NCBI GenBank assembly: GCA_000091165.1 | Contig: FP565575.1 | Coordinates: 2,190,001 to 2,222,000, forward strand | Origin: Candidatus Methylomirabilis oxygeniifera | Lineage (GTDB): Bacteria; Methylomirabilota; Methylomirabilia; Methylomirabilales; Methylomirabilaceae | Length of the DNA stretch: 32,000 nt | Reading direction: 5' to 3' | Shown: piece by piece, positions 1 to 8,066 of the stretch | Layout: each line of letters starts with the position of its first letter | How positions within the stretch are numbered: the stretch's first letter is position 1 | Notes under the pieces: generated by a model | Seen by the model: only the letters and a program-made list of their open reading frames with translations | The model's database searches: none | What the model was told of the DNA's origin: nothing | Made by a program: the position numbers and the translations under genes

Positions 1-82
1 GCTACGTCATCCGGATGCTTCTGCATCTTCTCCGCCCCTTCCGACTTTAACGCACTTACCTTACAATCCAACGTCCCTACTG

Positions 83-1309
83 CTAGTGAGGCTGCTCCAG
101 CACTTTTGGCTTATACTCGAAGGCACCGATGTCACAGTTCGGCGCGCCATCGCCATTACCATCAATCAGCCGGCTGACACCACGCTGGTCCTCGAGTTCA
201 CACTCCGCAGGCCACCCGGCATCGATGGCGGGACTACCCGGCTTGAGCGCGTGGGTGAGCGTGTATCCGCCATTCCACTTGAGTGGACCGAGCTTTGGGT
301 CGACGGGGGCTATGCTACCGGGTGACAACTGACAGGTCATGTCGTTGCTCAAACTGTTCGTACTGCTAGGAGAGAAGGGGAGGGGGGGAAAGATACACTG
401 CACCGGGGCATTGTTCGCAACGATTGTGTTTACAAGGACGATATTGCTGTCCGTGCTCCCTTGAATACCCCCGCGAGCGTAGTCGGGGGCAAGAGTAGGC
501 CCATTCCCGTTTTCGGCAACAGTGACATGGATCAATTCGGTATGAGCCCAATCATCGGTGTAGATCCCCAGTTGGTTGTTTCTGCTGACGGTTGTGTTGA
601 TCAGGGACATGCTCCCATCATTGATAATACCAATACCGTCGCTATGGGAGATTTCTGAGCCCGTAGCGATCAGACTGCCGTTGCTATAGTTTCTAACACC
701 GCCACCCCCCACAGTGGCGTGGTTCTTCACAACGCGGACGTCGTTCAACTCGGCGTCTCCCTGATTGTGGAGCCCGCCCCCGCCCATTTGGTCGGACGCA
801 AGGTTGTGCGCGATTTCACTCTTATCAATAAAGAGCGCGGCACCGCTTCCGTTATAAATGCCTCCGCCGACCTTGGCGCTGTTCTTCCAAACCCGAACCC
901 TCTTCAGGGTCAGATTACCACTGTTCAAGATCCCGCCGCCGTACATTGCGTTTCCGAACATCACATCCAGATCGGTAATCTTGACCGTAGCCCAAGACAT
1001 GACGTGAAAGATACTGAAGCCCGGCCATGCGCCGTGCACGCGAGTGGAAAAGATCCCGGTCCCGTTCACGGTCAGGTCCTTGTTGATGATTACGCCTGAG
1101 GATTCGGCGAATTTACCATCGCCGATGCTGACCGTATCACCCGCAATGGCGATGTCCACCGCATGTTGGATGGAGCGGCACGGCGCCGCCTGCGTGCAGG
1201 TGGGATTATCCGTACCCGACTTGGAAACGTAGCGAGTCGCCCCCCAGGCCTCCGGGACGAGGAGTGGCGTGAGCAGTAAGAGCAGAGAGCCGACGACCCG
1301 GCGATGCAT
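83..1309 (-). CDS. secreted parallel beta-helix repeat protein with choice-of-anchor-Q-like C-terminus
   Basis: ORF 83..1375. The internal ATG at 1309 gives MHRRVVGSLLLLLTPLLVPEAWGA, a signal peptide. The body has G-rich beta-helix turns (GGGILN, GGGIYN, GGGGLHN, VGGGGVRN). The C-terminus DGNGDGAPNCDIGAFEY is typical of this exoprotein class. Confidence 0.7.
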   Translation of the reverse strand: MHRRVVGSLLLLLTPLLVPEAWGATRYVSKSGTDNPTCTQAAPCRSIQHAVDIAIAGDTVSIGDGKFAESSGVIINKDLTVNGTGIFSTRVHGAWPGFSIFHVMSWATVKITDLDVMFGNAMYGGGILNSGNLTLKRVRVWKNSAKVGGGIYNGSGAALFIDKSEIAHNLASDQMGGGGLHNQGDAELNDVRVVKNHATVGGGGVRNYSNGSLIATGSEISHSDGIGIINDGSMSLINTTVSRNNQLGIYTDDWAHTELIHVTVAENGNGPTLAPDYARGGIQGSTDSNIVLVNTIVANNAPVQCIFPPLPFSPSSTNSLSNDMTCQLSPGSIAPVDPKLGPLKWNGGYTLTHALKPGSPAIDAGWPAECELEDQRGVSRLIDGNGDGAPNCDIGAFEYKPKVLEQPH

Positions 1310-1558
1310 CACCCACCTCTTACTCACGGCCAGACCGCGCTTCCATTGGATCCCAAATTGCACAAATGGTGTCATTGTTCCTCCTCATGTCGTTGAGTAC
1401 GACGCACGCCTTGTCACTACCTGCTACCCCAAGGCGACGAAAACGTATCGTATCTTCCGGACATTGTCAAACAATTCTCATAGCTCTTGAATCACCCCAC
1501 CCGCGCCGCGAAATACCGGGACCAATTTACCTCCCTGACGTGAATCAGGCAGGTCAGC

Positions 1559-1587
1559 TTGCGCCTGGGAGTACGAAGGAGTATGAT
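1559..1587 (+). promoter_or_regulatory. candidate sigma70-type promoter for hicBA
   Basis: TTGCGC (1559-1564), 17-nt spacer, TATGAT (1582-1587), about 50 nt upstream of the hicB ATG. Confidence 0.4.
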
Positions 1588-1638
1588 GACTCGACATGAA
1601 TCTGGAATGGCACCCCTCTTAGACGAAGATAGGAAACA

Positions 1639-1866
1639 ATGATGCGGTACTTCAAAGTGATCGTGGAGAAACACCCGGAAGGTTATGTCGCCTATCCCAT
1701 GGGACTCAAAGGGGTGGTAATCGGCGAAGGCGAGACCTACGAGGATGCCCTGGCAGATGTACAATCTGCCATCCGCTTCCACATCGAGACCTTTGGACCG
1801 GAGGCGCTGAAAGCTGAGTCCCCCATCCTGGACGCCTTTATTGCGGAAGCCACGGTCACGGTCTGA
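1639..1866 (+). CDS. hicB: HicB-like antitoxin (short form, no DNA-binding domain)
   Basis: 75 aa. MMRYFKVIVEKHPEGYVAYPMGLKGVVIGEGETYEDALADVQSAIRFHIE matches the HicB/UPF0150 N-terminal fold pattern. Its TGA overlaps the ATG of the next gene (TGATG at 1864-1868). Confidence 0.8.
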   Translation: MMRYFKVIVEKHPEGYVAYPMGLKGVVIGEGETYEDALADVQSAIRFHIETFGPEALKAESPILDAFIAEATVTV

Positions 1867-2105
1867 TGCTCACGTTTCCGATAGATGTCCCGAAAGCAAA
1901 GGCCATCAAGCCCTTGGAGCGGCTGGGCTTCCGGATAGTCCGAGAGGGGGCACACCTCGCGATGGTGCGCCAAAACCCGGATGAGACGCAGACGTTCCTC
2001 ATCATACCGAATCACTCCGACCTCAGAGGCTCGACGCTCCGCACCATCTGCATTCAAGCCAGTATCGCCAGAGACGAGTTCCTCAAAGCCTACGAAGAAA
2101 TGTGA
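1866..2105 (+). CDS. hicA: HicA-family mRNA interferase toxin
   Basis: 79 aa. KAIKPLERLGFRIVREGAHLAMV...IIPNHSDLRGSTLRTICIQASIARDEFLKAY follows the HicA/YcfA pattern (dsRBD-like, conserved His, 'lk.GTLrsIlkqagi..eeF'). Translationally coupled to hicB. Confidence 0.8.
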   Translation: MLTFPIDVPKAKAIKPLERLGFRIVREGAHLAMVRQNPDETQTFLIIPNHSDLRGSTLRTICIQASIARDEFLKAYEEM

Positions 2106-2372
2106 GTCTGGGCCGGTGTAGGCTGGGCCGGCCGGAGAGCTGATCACGCAATGCTGCAATGTTCCTGAGTGCGTCTGCCCATTCGCTAAGGTAGCGGGCA
2201 ACGACTTGAAGCCGTTGGACCAAGGTAGGCACCCGCAAAGTGCCTGAAAGAGGTTCGACGTATCCGCAAGTAAAGACTCGTCAAGGCCCGCACTACACTG
2301 AATCCACACAGCCCCTCTACGCCGTTCAGTCCATAGACCTCTCTTTAGACCTTTCACGCATCCCAATTGTAC

Positions 2373-2401
2373 TTGACAATCAGATATTCACTGCATATAC
2401 T
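2373..2401 (+). promoter_or_regulatory. candidate sigma70-type promoter for vapBC
   Basis: TTGACA (2373-2378), 17-nt spacer, TATACT (2396-2401). It is followed by two GCATAT direct repeats and the AAGGAGG RBS at 2413-2419. Confidence 0.6.
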
Positions 2402-2427
2402 TCCAGCATATCAAGGAGGTGAAAGTA

Positions 2428-2652
2428 ATGCGTGCGACCTTAAACATCCCCGACAATCTGCTTGTAGAAGTGCAAAAGATGACCGGGACACAGTCCAAGA
2501 CAAAGGCCATCGTCATGGCGATGGAAGAGTTTGTGAAACGAAAGAAACGGGAGCGACTCCTCGCCCTCAAAGGTCAAATCGTTCTTGACGATGTCACCCA
2601 GGAGCTTGAGGCGATGGAACTACAGGAGGCCCAAGCGCATGAGCGCCGATAG
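2428..2652 (+). CDS. vapB: VapB-type antitoxin
   Basis: MRATLNIPDNLLVEVQKMTGTQSKTKAIVMAMEEFVKRKKRERL is a typical VapB/DUF2191-like antitoxin. The ATG at 2428 lies 8 nt after AAGGAGG, so the ORF-track start at 2419 (GTG) is less likely. It overlaps vapC by 14 nt. Confidence 0.8.
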   Translation: MRATLNIPDNLLVEVQKMTGTQSKTKAIVMAMEEFVKRKKRERLLALKGQIVLDDVTQELEAMELQEAQAHERR

Positions 2653-3040
2653 CGTGATCATCGACACCTCCCTGTGGATCGAGTATTTCAAGGGCTCGAC
2701 CCCCAACGCCTCGTTCGTCGAACGGCTGGTACTGGAAGAACGAGCGGTTACAACGGGCCTCGTCCTGGCTGAACTCCTCCAGGGGGTGAGGAGTGAAGGG
2801 GAGGGACAGACGATCACTGAGGTGTTCGGTGGACTGCCCACGCTTGAGATCACTACGGAGATTTGGAGGGCCGCCGGACAACTCGCCTACACCCTAAGAC
2901 GCGAGGGAGTCACCGTGCCCCTGACAGACGCGGCTCTCGGCGCTTTAGCGTTGGCGCATCAACTCCTGGTATTCTCTCTCGATAAACACTTTGAGCACAT
3001 GCAGGGAATCCGGCTGTATCACACCACACCATCCGCATAA
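2639..3040 (+). CDS. vapC: PIN-domain VapC toxin
   Basis: From the ATG at 2639 (AGGAGG 9 nt upstream): MSADSVIIDTSLWIEYFKG...GLVLAELLQG...TDAALGALA, carrying the PIN acidic motifs (IIDTS, ...AEL, ...TD). The ORF-track start at 2585 would overlap vapB extensively. Confidence 0.85.
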   Translation: MSADSVIIDTSLWIEYFKGSTPNASFVERLVLEERAVTTGLVLAELLQGVRSEGEGQTITEVFGGLPTLEITTEIWRAAGQLAYTLRREGVTVPLTDAALGALALAHQLLVFSLDKHFEHMQGIRLYHTTPSA

Positions 3041-3390
3041 CCTTCATAGCTTGGACGCCTCAGCTTCATCGCAGTGTAACCTCCACACCGCGCAACTGCG
3101 AATCCCGCCATGCGTGGCCTGCGCCGAACAGCCCCATGCGTGGCCTCATTCCTCGCCTTTGCGCTCCTGGTGCCTGCTCCTACGTGTCCTTGAACTACCA
3201 TGGCGCCGAGAGGCGATCGACGACACCCGCCGCACAAGCACACGCGAGAAATAACGAGCGCATCAGGGTAGAGGTCCCTTTTTGCTGGATTATTTCCGCT
3301 TGAGGTGGGTCCCTTTTACGTTATCGAAATCACTAGACTCAGCAGCATTTCAGGGAGCCTGAGTCAAAGAGATCAGTGTAGGGGTGAATA

Positions 3391-3466
3391 TGGTGGGCAG
3401 GGGCGGAATCGAACCGTCGACACCAGGATTTTCAGTCCTGTGCTCTACCGACTGAGCTACCTGCCC
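3391..3466 (-). tRNA. tRNA-Phe (GAA)
   Basis: The reverse complement reads GGGCAGGTAGCTCAGTCGGTAGAGCACAGGACTGAAAATCCTGGTGTCGACGGTTCGATTCCGCCCCTGCCCACCA. It forms a cloverleaf with anticodon loop CTGAAAA and an encoded CCA. Confidence 0.95.
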
Positions 3467-3508
3467 AAAACCAGAATGTGGATGAGCCGTTTATGGAACG
3501 GCCCGATC

Positions 3509-3537
3509 TTTGTAGCACCGCGAAGCTCGTTTGTCAA
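3509..3537 (-). promoter_or_regulatory. candidate promoter for tRNA-Phe
   Basis: Minus strand: TTGACA (3537-3532), 17-nt spacer, TACAAA (3514-3509), about 40 nt upstream of the tRNA 5' end. Confidence 0.35.
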
Positions 3538-3577
3538 GGAGTACAGTTGCAGTCCACACTGCACCGTTGAAACAGCA

Positions 3578-4477
3578 TCAGAGGCCCAGGTCCGTCGCTT
3601 GCGGCGTCGGGCTTGAGTAGTCGTAGAAACCCCGTCCCGACTTCCGCCCATGATAGCCGGCGATCACCATTGTCTTCAGGAGTGGGGGTGGCGCATACCG
3701 CGCGTCCCGATACTCCTCGAACATGATGTTCGCGATGGCATAGGTCGTGTCAAGGCCGACGAAATCAGCCAACTCCAAGGGACCCATCGGATGGTTGCAG
3801 CCGAGTCGCATCGCCTTGTCGATATCCGCCGCAGACGCGACACCCGCCTCTAACGCTCGGATACCATCCAACAGGTACGGCACCAGCAGGCGGTTCACGA
3901 TGAAACCGCAGTGATCTTTTGCCGCAACCGGCTCCTTTCCCAGCGACACGGCAAAGTCGGAGACGGTCCGAAAGGTCTCCGCGCTGGTGCGAATGCTTCG
4001 GACTACCTCTACCAGCTTCATCAGCGGCACGGGATTGAAAAAATGCAGGCCCGCAAACCGGTCGGCTCGCCCGGTCACAGAGGCCAGCGCCACAATGCTG
4101 ATGGAGGAGGTATTGCTGACAAAGATGGTGCTCGGCGGGCAGAGGCGGTCAAGAGTCCGGAAGAGATCCTGCTTCAGTGGTAAATCCTCACTGATCGCCT
4201 CGATGATCAGGTCGCTCGCTTTCAGGTCTTCCAGGGCGAGGGTCCACCTGATCCGCCCAAGGAGCGCCGCCTTGTCCTCGACGGTCAACCGTCCCTTTTC
4301 AACCGCCCGCCCCAGCCTGTCGTCGATCGCCTGTCTCGCTTTATCCAATACGCGTTGCTCCGCCTCCCTGACGAGAACGGCGTAGCCTGCCTGCGCGACA
4401 ACCTGCGCAATACCGGACCCCATGATGCCGGCACCGATGACTCCAACAGCCTGAATGTTAGCCATAGACGCTCCCAT
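3578..4477 (-). CDS. hbd: 3-hydroxybutyryl-CoA / 3-hydroxyacyl-CoA dehydrogenase
   Basis: VGVIGAGIMGSGIAQV Rossmann motif, with family-typical ISEDLPLKQDLF, NTSSISI and HFFNPVPLMKLVEV. An alternative ATG at 4465 (MANIQ) has GGGAG upstream. Confidence 0.9.
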   Translation of the reverse strand: MGASMANIQAVGVIGAGIMGSGIAQVVAQAGYAVLVREAEQRVLDKARQAIDDRLGRAVEKGRLTVEDKAALLGRIRWTLALEDLKASDLIIEAISEDLPLKQDLFRTLDRLCPPSTIFVSNTSSISIVALASVTGRADRFAGLHFFNPVPLMKLVEVVRSIRTSAETFRTVSDFAVSLGKEPVAAKDHCGFIVNRLLVPYLLDGIRALEAGVASAADIDKAMRLGCNHPMGPLELADFVGLDTTYAIANIMFEEYRDARYAPPPLLKTMVIAGYHGRKSGRGFYDYSSPTPQATDLGL

Positions 4478-4480
4478 CGC

Positions 4481-5845
4481 TCACGACGGCGTCCCCACCT
4501 TCCGGCGGCGCCACTCGGCAAGTCTTCGGCCGATCTCGGCTTCGAGCCCACGATCAGTGGGGTGGTAGTAAATCCGACCTTTCAACCGCTCCGGCAGATA
4601 GTCCTGATCGGCAAAGGCCCCCGGCAGATCATGCGGGTACTGGTAGCCGTCGCCGTATTCCAGCTCTTTCATCAAGGTCGTTGGGGCATTCCGCAAGTGT
4701 AGCGGCACCCCTTCAAGCGGCGCCTCTTCCACGTCCCGCTGCGCTCTACCAAAGGCCCGGTAGATGGCATTTGATTTGGGCGCGGTGGCAAGGTACACCA
4801 CGGCCTGGGCCAGCGCCAGATCACCTTCAGGTGAACCGAGGAAATGGTACGCGTCCTTGGCCGCCAGCGCCGTCTGCAGCGCCTGTGGATCGGCGTTGCC
4901 GATATCCTCCGACGCAAACCGGACCACACGCCTGGCGATATACATCGGATCTTCGCCAGATGCCAGCATTCTGGCAAGCCAATAGAGGGCAGCGTCAGGG
5001 TCGCTTCCCCGCAGGCTCTTGTGCAGAGCCGAGATCAGGTTGTAATGCTCTTCTCCGGTCTTGTCGTATAGCAGCGTCCGCCTGCCTGATGCCTCCTGGG
5101 CTACCTGCGCGGTCAACCGCCTGCTCCCGTCAGGCTGCTCCTTGACCATCTGCGCCGCCAGCTCCAAGGTGTTCAGTGATACGCGGGCATCCCCCGAACC
5201 CAGCCCAGCGATGATGCGTAGCGCCTCGTCATCGGCCTCGATCTGAAGGCGACCGAGCCCGCGCTCCTGATCGTCGAGCGCGCGCCGAAGGATGAGCATC
5301 AACGCATCCTCCGCCAGCGGGCGAAGCGTCACGACCTTCGCCCGGGACAAGAGGGGGGCGATCACCTCGAACGAGGGATTCTCGGTGGTGGCTCCGATCA
5401 GCACGATCGTTCCTCCCTCCACATGGGGCAAAAAGGCATCCTGCTGGGCTTTGTTGAAGCGATGAATCTCGTCGATGAACAGGAGCGTCCGTCTGCCATA
5501 GCCGCGCTCCTGCTGGGCGCGAACGATCACCTCTTTAATCTCCTTGATCCCGGAGGTGACGGCCGAGAACGGCTGAAAGGTTGCTTTGCACCGCTCCGCC
5601 AACAGGAAGGCGAGGGTCGTCTTGCCTGAGCCTGGTGGGCCCCACAGAATCAGCGACGGCAGTTCTCCCGCCTCCATGGCCCTCCGGAGGAGCTTCCCTT
5701 CTCCAAGCAGGTGCTCCTGCCCGACAAACTCCTGGAGCGTCCTTGGGCGCATTCGTTCCGCAAGCGGCGCTGGAACCTTTTGGGACGGGGTGGGCAATCG
5801 ATCAAAGAGATCTGCTGTCATCGTACGCCACCGCCTTGAGGTCAT
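4481..5845 (-). CDS. rarA: replication-associated recombination protein A (AAA+ ATPase)
   Basis: LILWGPPGSGKTTLA Walker A, LFIDEIHRFNKAQQD Walker B/sensor, and the MgsA C-terminal block YDKTGEEHYNLISALHKSLRGSDPDAALYWLARM. Alternative ATG at 5821. Confidence 0.92.
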   Translation of the reverse strand: MTSRRWRTMTADLFDRLPTPSQKVPAPLAERMRPRTLQEFVGQEHLLGEGKLLRRAMEAGELPSLILWGPPGSGKTTLAFLLAERCKATFQPFSAVTSGIKEIKEVIVRAQQERGYGRRTLLFIDEIHRFNKAQQDAFLPHVEGGTIVLIGATTENPSFEVIAPLLSRAKVVTLRPLAEDALMLILRRALDDQERGLGRLQIEADDEALRIIAGLGSGDARVSLNTLELAAQMVKEQPDGSRRLTAQVAQEASGRRTLLYDKTGEEHYNLISALHKSLRGSDPDAALYWLARMLASGEDPMYIARRVVRFASEDIGNADPQALQTALAAKDAYHFLGSPEGDLALAQAVVYLATAPKSNAIYRAFGRAQRDVEEAPLEGVPLHLRNAPTTLMKELEYGDGYQYPHDLPGAFADQDYLPERLKGRIYYHPTDRGLEAEIGRRLAEWRRRKVGTPS

Positions 5846-6530
5846 CCAGGATCCGGCAGGTCGCTTGCACCGGGTCGGCCGCTGCCGTAATCGGCCGACC
5901 GATCACCAGGTAGTCCGCGCCCGCAACAGCCGCCTCTTGTGGGGTCATGACCCGACGCTGGTCCTCGGCTGCAGCCCATGCCGGGCGGATGCCTGGGATG
6001 ACAAGCTGCATCGACGGTCCCAACGCGGCCCGCAGCACGCCGATTTCGTGAGGTGACGCTACAGCACCATCCAGTCCGGCCTCCCGCGCGAGCGACGCCA
6101 AACGAACGACCTGCGCCGCAAGATCGGGCGTGCCGCCGACGATCTCTCCAAGACCGTGTGAGTCCAGGCTGGTGAGTACCGTCACCGCCAGCAGCCGCAT
6201 GGCTGAGCCGCTTCCAGCGACCGCCTGCGCCGCCGCCTGGAGCATCGACCGTCCGCCGGAGGCGTGGAGCGTACACATCACCGCCCCGAGCCTCGCGGCC
6301 TCGCGGACCGCTCCCGCTACGGTATTCGGGATATCGTGCAGTTTCAGATCCAGAAAGACGTCTCCGCCCCGCTGCCTCACCACATCTACCGCCCGAGGAC
6401 CCTCAGCCGTAAAGAGCTGAAGGCCCACCTTGAAGAGCGTCACTGTAGGGTACAGTTGCTCCACGAGCGCGGCGGCTGACGCCAGGTCTCCCACATCCAG
6501 GGCTACAATCAGTTCTGGTGGTTTGTGCAT
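5802..6530 (-). CDS. pyrF: orotidine 5'-phosphate decarboxylase
   Basis: MHKPPELIVALDV...FKVGLQLF...VFLDLKLHDIPNTV...LVIGRPIT are canonical PyrF motifs. The ATG at 6530 is preferred over the GTG at 6560. The 3' end overlaps the rarA 5' end. Confidence 0.92.
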   Translation of the reverse strand: MHKPPELIVALDVGDLASAAALVEQLYPTVTLFKVGLQLFTAEGPRAVDVVRQRGGDVFLDLKLHDIPNTVAGAVREAARLGAVMCTLHASGGRSMLQAAAQAVAGSGSAMRLLAVTVLTSLDSHGLGEIVGGTPDLAAQVVRLASLAREAGLDGAVASPHEIGVLRAALGPSMQLVIPGIRPAWAAAEDQRRVMTPQEAAVAGADYLVIGRPITAAADPVQATCRILDDLKAVAYDDSRSL

Positions 6531-6668
6531 GCCCTCGCTTCTCTCTACACCGATAAACACATCAGGTCCTCAGTTGCATGGCGTCACGATACCATGAAGC
6601 CAGGGCATTGACAAGGTAGGGTCTGGTAGGGTAAGGGTTGGGCTGAACAAGACGTGGAGGCGTGCAAA

Positions 6669-7928
6669 ATGGAGCATTGGGCGTGTGCGGAAACCACAAG
6701 GCGGCCTACCTACCGAAGCCTCAGCGCAGGCAGGCGAGCGTTCTATGGCCTTGCCCTTGGATTGCTGGTGCTCGTGCCGCCCGATCTGAGCCAAGCCGAC
6801 CTCTGGACCGATACGAGGACCCTGGAGTTGGTCGTGGCCGGGACCGATCACCTCATCAACCTCGACTACGACCTGGCCGAGCGGACATTCGCCCGCCCTG
6901 ACGACGTCGATCAGACCGGGCTGCTGGCGCCGTTCTATCAGGCCTTCGTGATGCTCGCGCGTCTACAGGAACGAGAGCCGACTCGCCAGGAGATGGATGC
7001 CTTCTTGGCCGAGATGCGAACGCTCACCGCCAAGGCCGAGGGGCGCCTCACACAGGCTCCAGAAGAGCCTGACCTCCTGCTCTTCCTCGGGATGGCCTGG
7101 GGCTCCAAGGCAATGATCGACGGCGTCCTGGGCAACTATTTCTCGACCTACGAGGCGATCAAGCGGACGAAATCGTATCTCGATGCCTCCCTCGTACGCC
7201 GACCTGTCAGGTACGATGCCTACTACGCCTTGGGGTTGTACAACTACGCACTCTCCCGGATCGCCTGGTTCTATCGACCTTTCCTGCACCTGGCGCTCAC
7301 CCCCGGCGATCGCGAGCGAGCTTTACGGGAGCTGACGCTCGCGAGTGAGCGTGGCGTTGCGGCTCGGATGCTCGCGAAGCTCGCGCTCCTGCAGATCTAC
7401 GCCGGCTCCGAGAAAGAGTTTGAGAAGGCCCTGCCGCTGGCTGAAGAATTGCTCCACCGATTCCCCGGCAACCCGGAGCTTTACTTCCAGACGGCGCTGG
7501 TCTATTCCGAACTGGGACGATTTCCTGAGGCGCTGGAGGTCGGCCGTCGCATCCGCGCCAATCTCGATCCGGGCCGGTACCATTTTACGCACGAGATGCT
7601 CCCACGGTACCTGCAACTCATGGGGAAGATCGCCATGGATCGAGGTGACTACCCCACAGCCTTGAACTTCTTCAGACAGGCGGTCGAGCAGCCGACTGAT
7701 CGGTACGCCTGGGTGACGGCGTGGGCCTGGACCAGGACCGGCATGATCCATGATCTGTCAGGGAAGCGAACGGAGGCGGAGCGGAGCTATCGTATGGCGT
7801 TGGCCATCAAGACCAACAGCATCGCCAAGGACGTGGCAAGGCAATATCTTCATGAACCCTACCGCAAGGAGACGGTACAACGCACCTTCCCATCCACCAG
7901 AACAGAGGAGAATACAGGTTCACCCTAG
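6669..7928 (+). CDS. TPR-repeat protein with N-terminal signal/anchor
   Basis: ORF 6654..7928. The ATG at 6669 lies 8 nt after GGAGG. Hydrophobic N-terminus RRAFYGLALGLLVLVPPDLSQA. TPR-like helical repeats lie towards the C-terminus (NPELYFQTALVYSELGRFPEALEV, GDYPTALNFFRQAVE, GKRTEAERSYRMALAI). Confidence 0.6.
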   Translation: MEHWACAETTRRPTYRSLSAGRRAFYGLALGLLVLVPPDLSQADLWTDTRTLELVVAGTDHLINLDYDLAERTFARPDDVDQTGLLAPFYQAFVMLARLQEREPTRQEMDAFLAEMRTLTAKAEGRLTQAPEEPDLLLFLGMAWGSKAMIDGVLGNYFSTYEAIKRTKSYLDASLVRRPVRYDAYYALGLYNYALSRIAWFYRPFLHLALTPGDRERALRELTLASERGVAARMLAKLALLQIYAGSEKEFEKALPLAEELLHRFPGNPELYFQTALVYSELGRFPEALEVGRRIRANLDPGRYHFTHEMLPRYLQLMGKIAMDRGDYPTALNFFRQAVEQPTDRYAWVTAWAWTRTGMIHDLSGKRTEAERSYRMALAIKTNSIAKDVARQYLHEPYRKETVQRTFPSTRTEENTGSP

Positions 7929-7949
7929 CGTAGCACCTTTAACGCTTCG

Positions 7950-8037
7950 TTACATTCGCCGTTTATCCTGAGCCTGTCGAAGGGTGCAGTGTTATAGCAA
8001 GTTCCGCTCATAGTTCGACTCACTCACCACGAACAGA
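7950..8037. repeat. extragenic repeat of the 'LSLSKG / FDxLTTN' pseudo-peptide type
   Basis: tttatcctgagcctgtcgaagggtgca reads FILSLSKGA, and ttcgactcactcaccacgaacaga reads FDSLTTNR. These strings are hallmarks of a GC-rich intergenic repeat family as I remember it from environmental bacterial genomes. Only one copy is in this window. Confidence 0.4.
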
Positions 8038-8066
8038 ATATAGAGGGGATCTCCAGCGGTCACATG

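Noticed and set aside
1737-2366. 209-aa ORF on the minus strand
   Set aside because: Two thirds of it is antisense to the hicB/hicA pair. The remaining part (2106-2366) has no similarity I recognise and no RBS, so I treated 2106-2372 as non-coding.
1-3390. Direct repeat of the tRNA-Phe 3' end marking the far end of an island
   Set aside because: Scanning by eye found no match of about 15 nt or more to the tRNA 3' half, so no att boundary is claimed.
3305-3616. 103-aa ORF on the plus strand (and the minus-strand ORF 3457..3651)
   Set aside because: They run through the tRNA-Phe gene and its promoter and are spurious.
4681-5145. Cluster of 60-154-aa plus-strand ORFs
   Set aside because: All are antisense to rarA and have biased Arg/Pro/Ala composition, so they are shadow ORFs.
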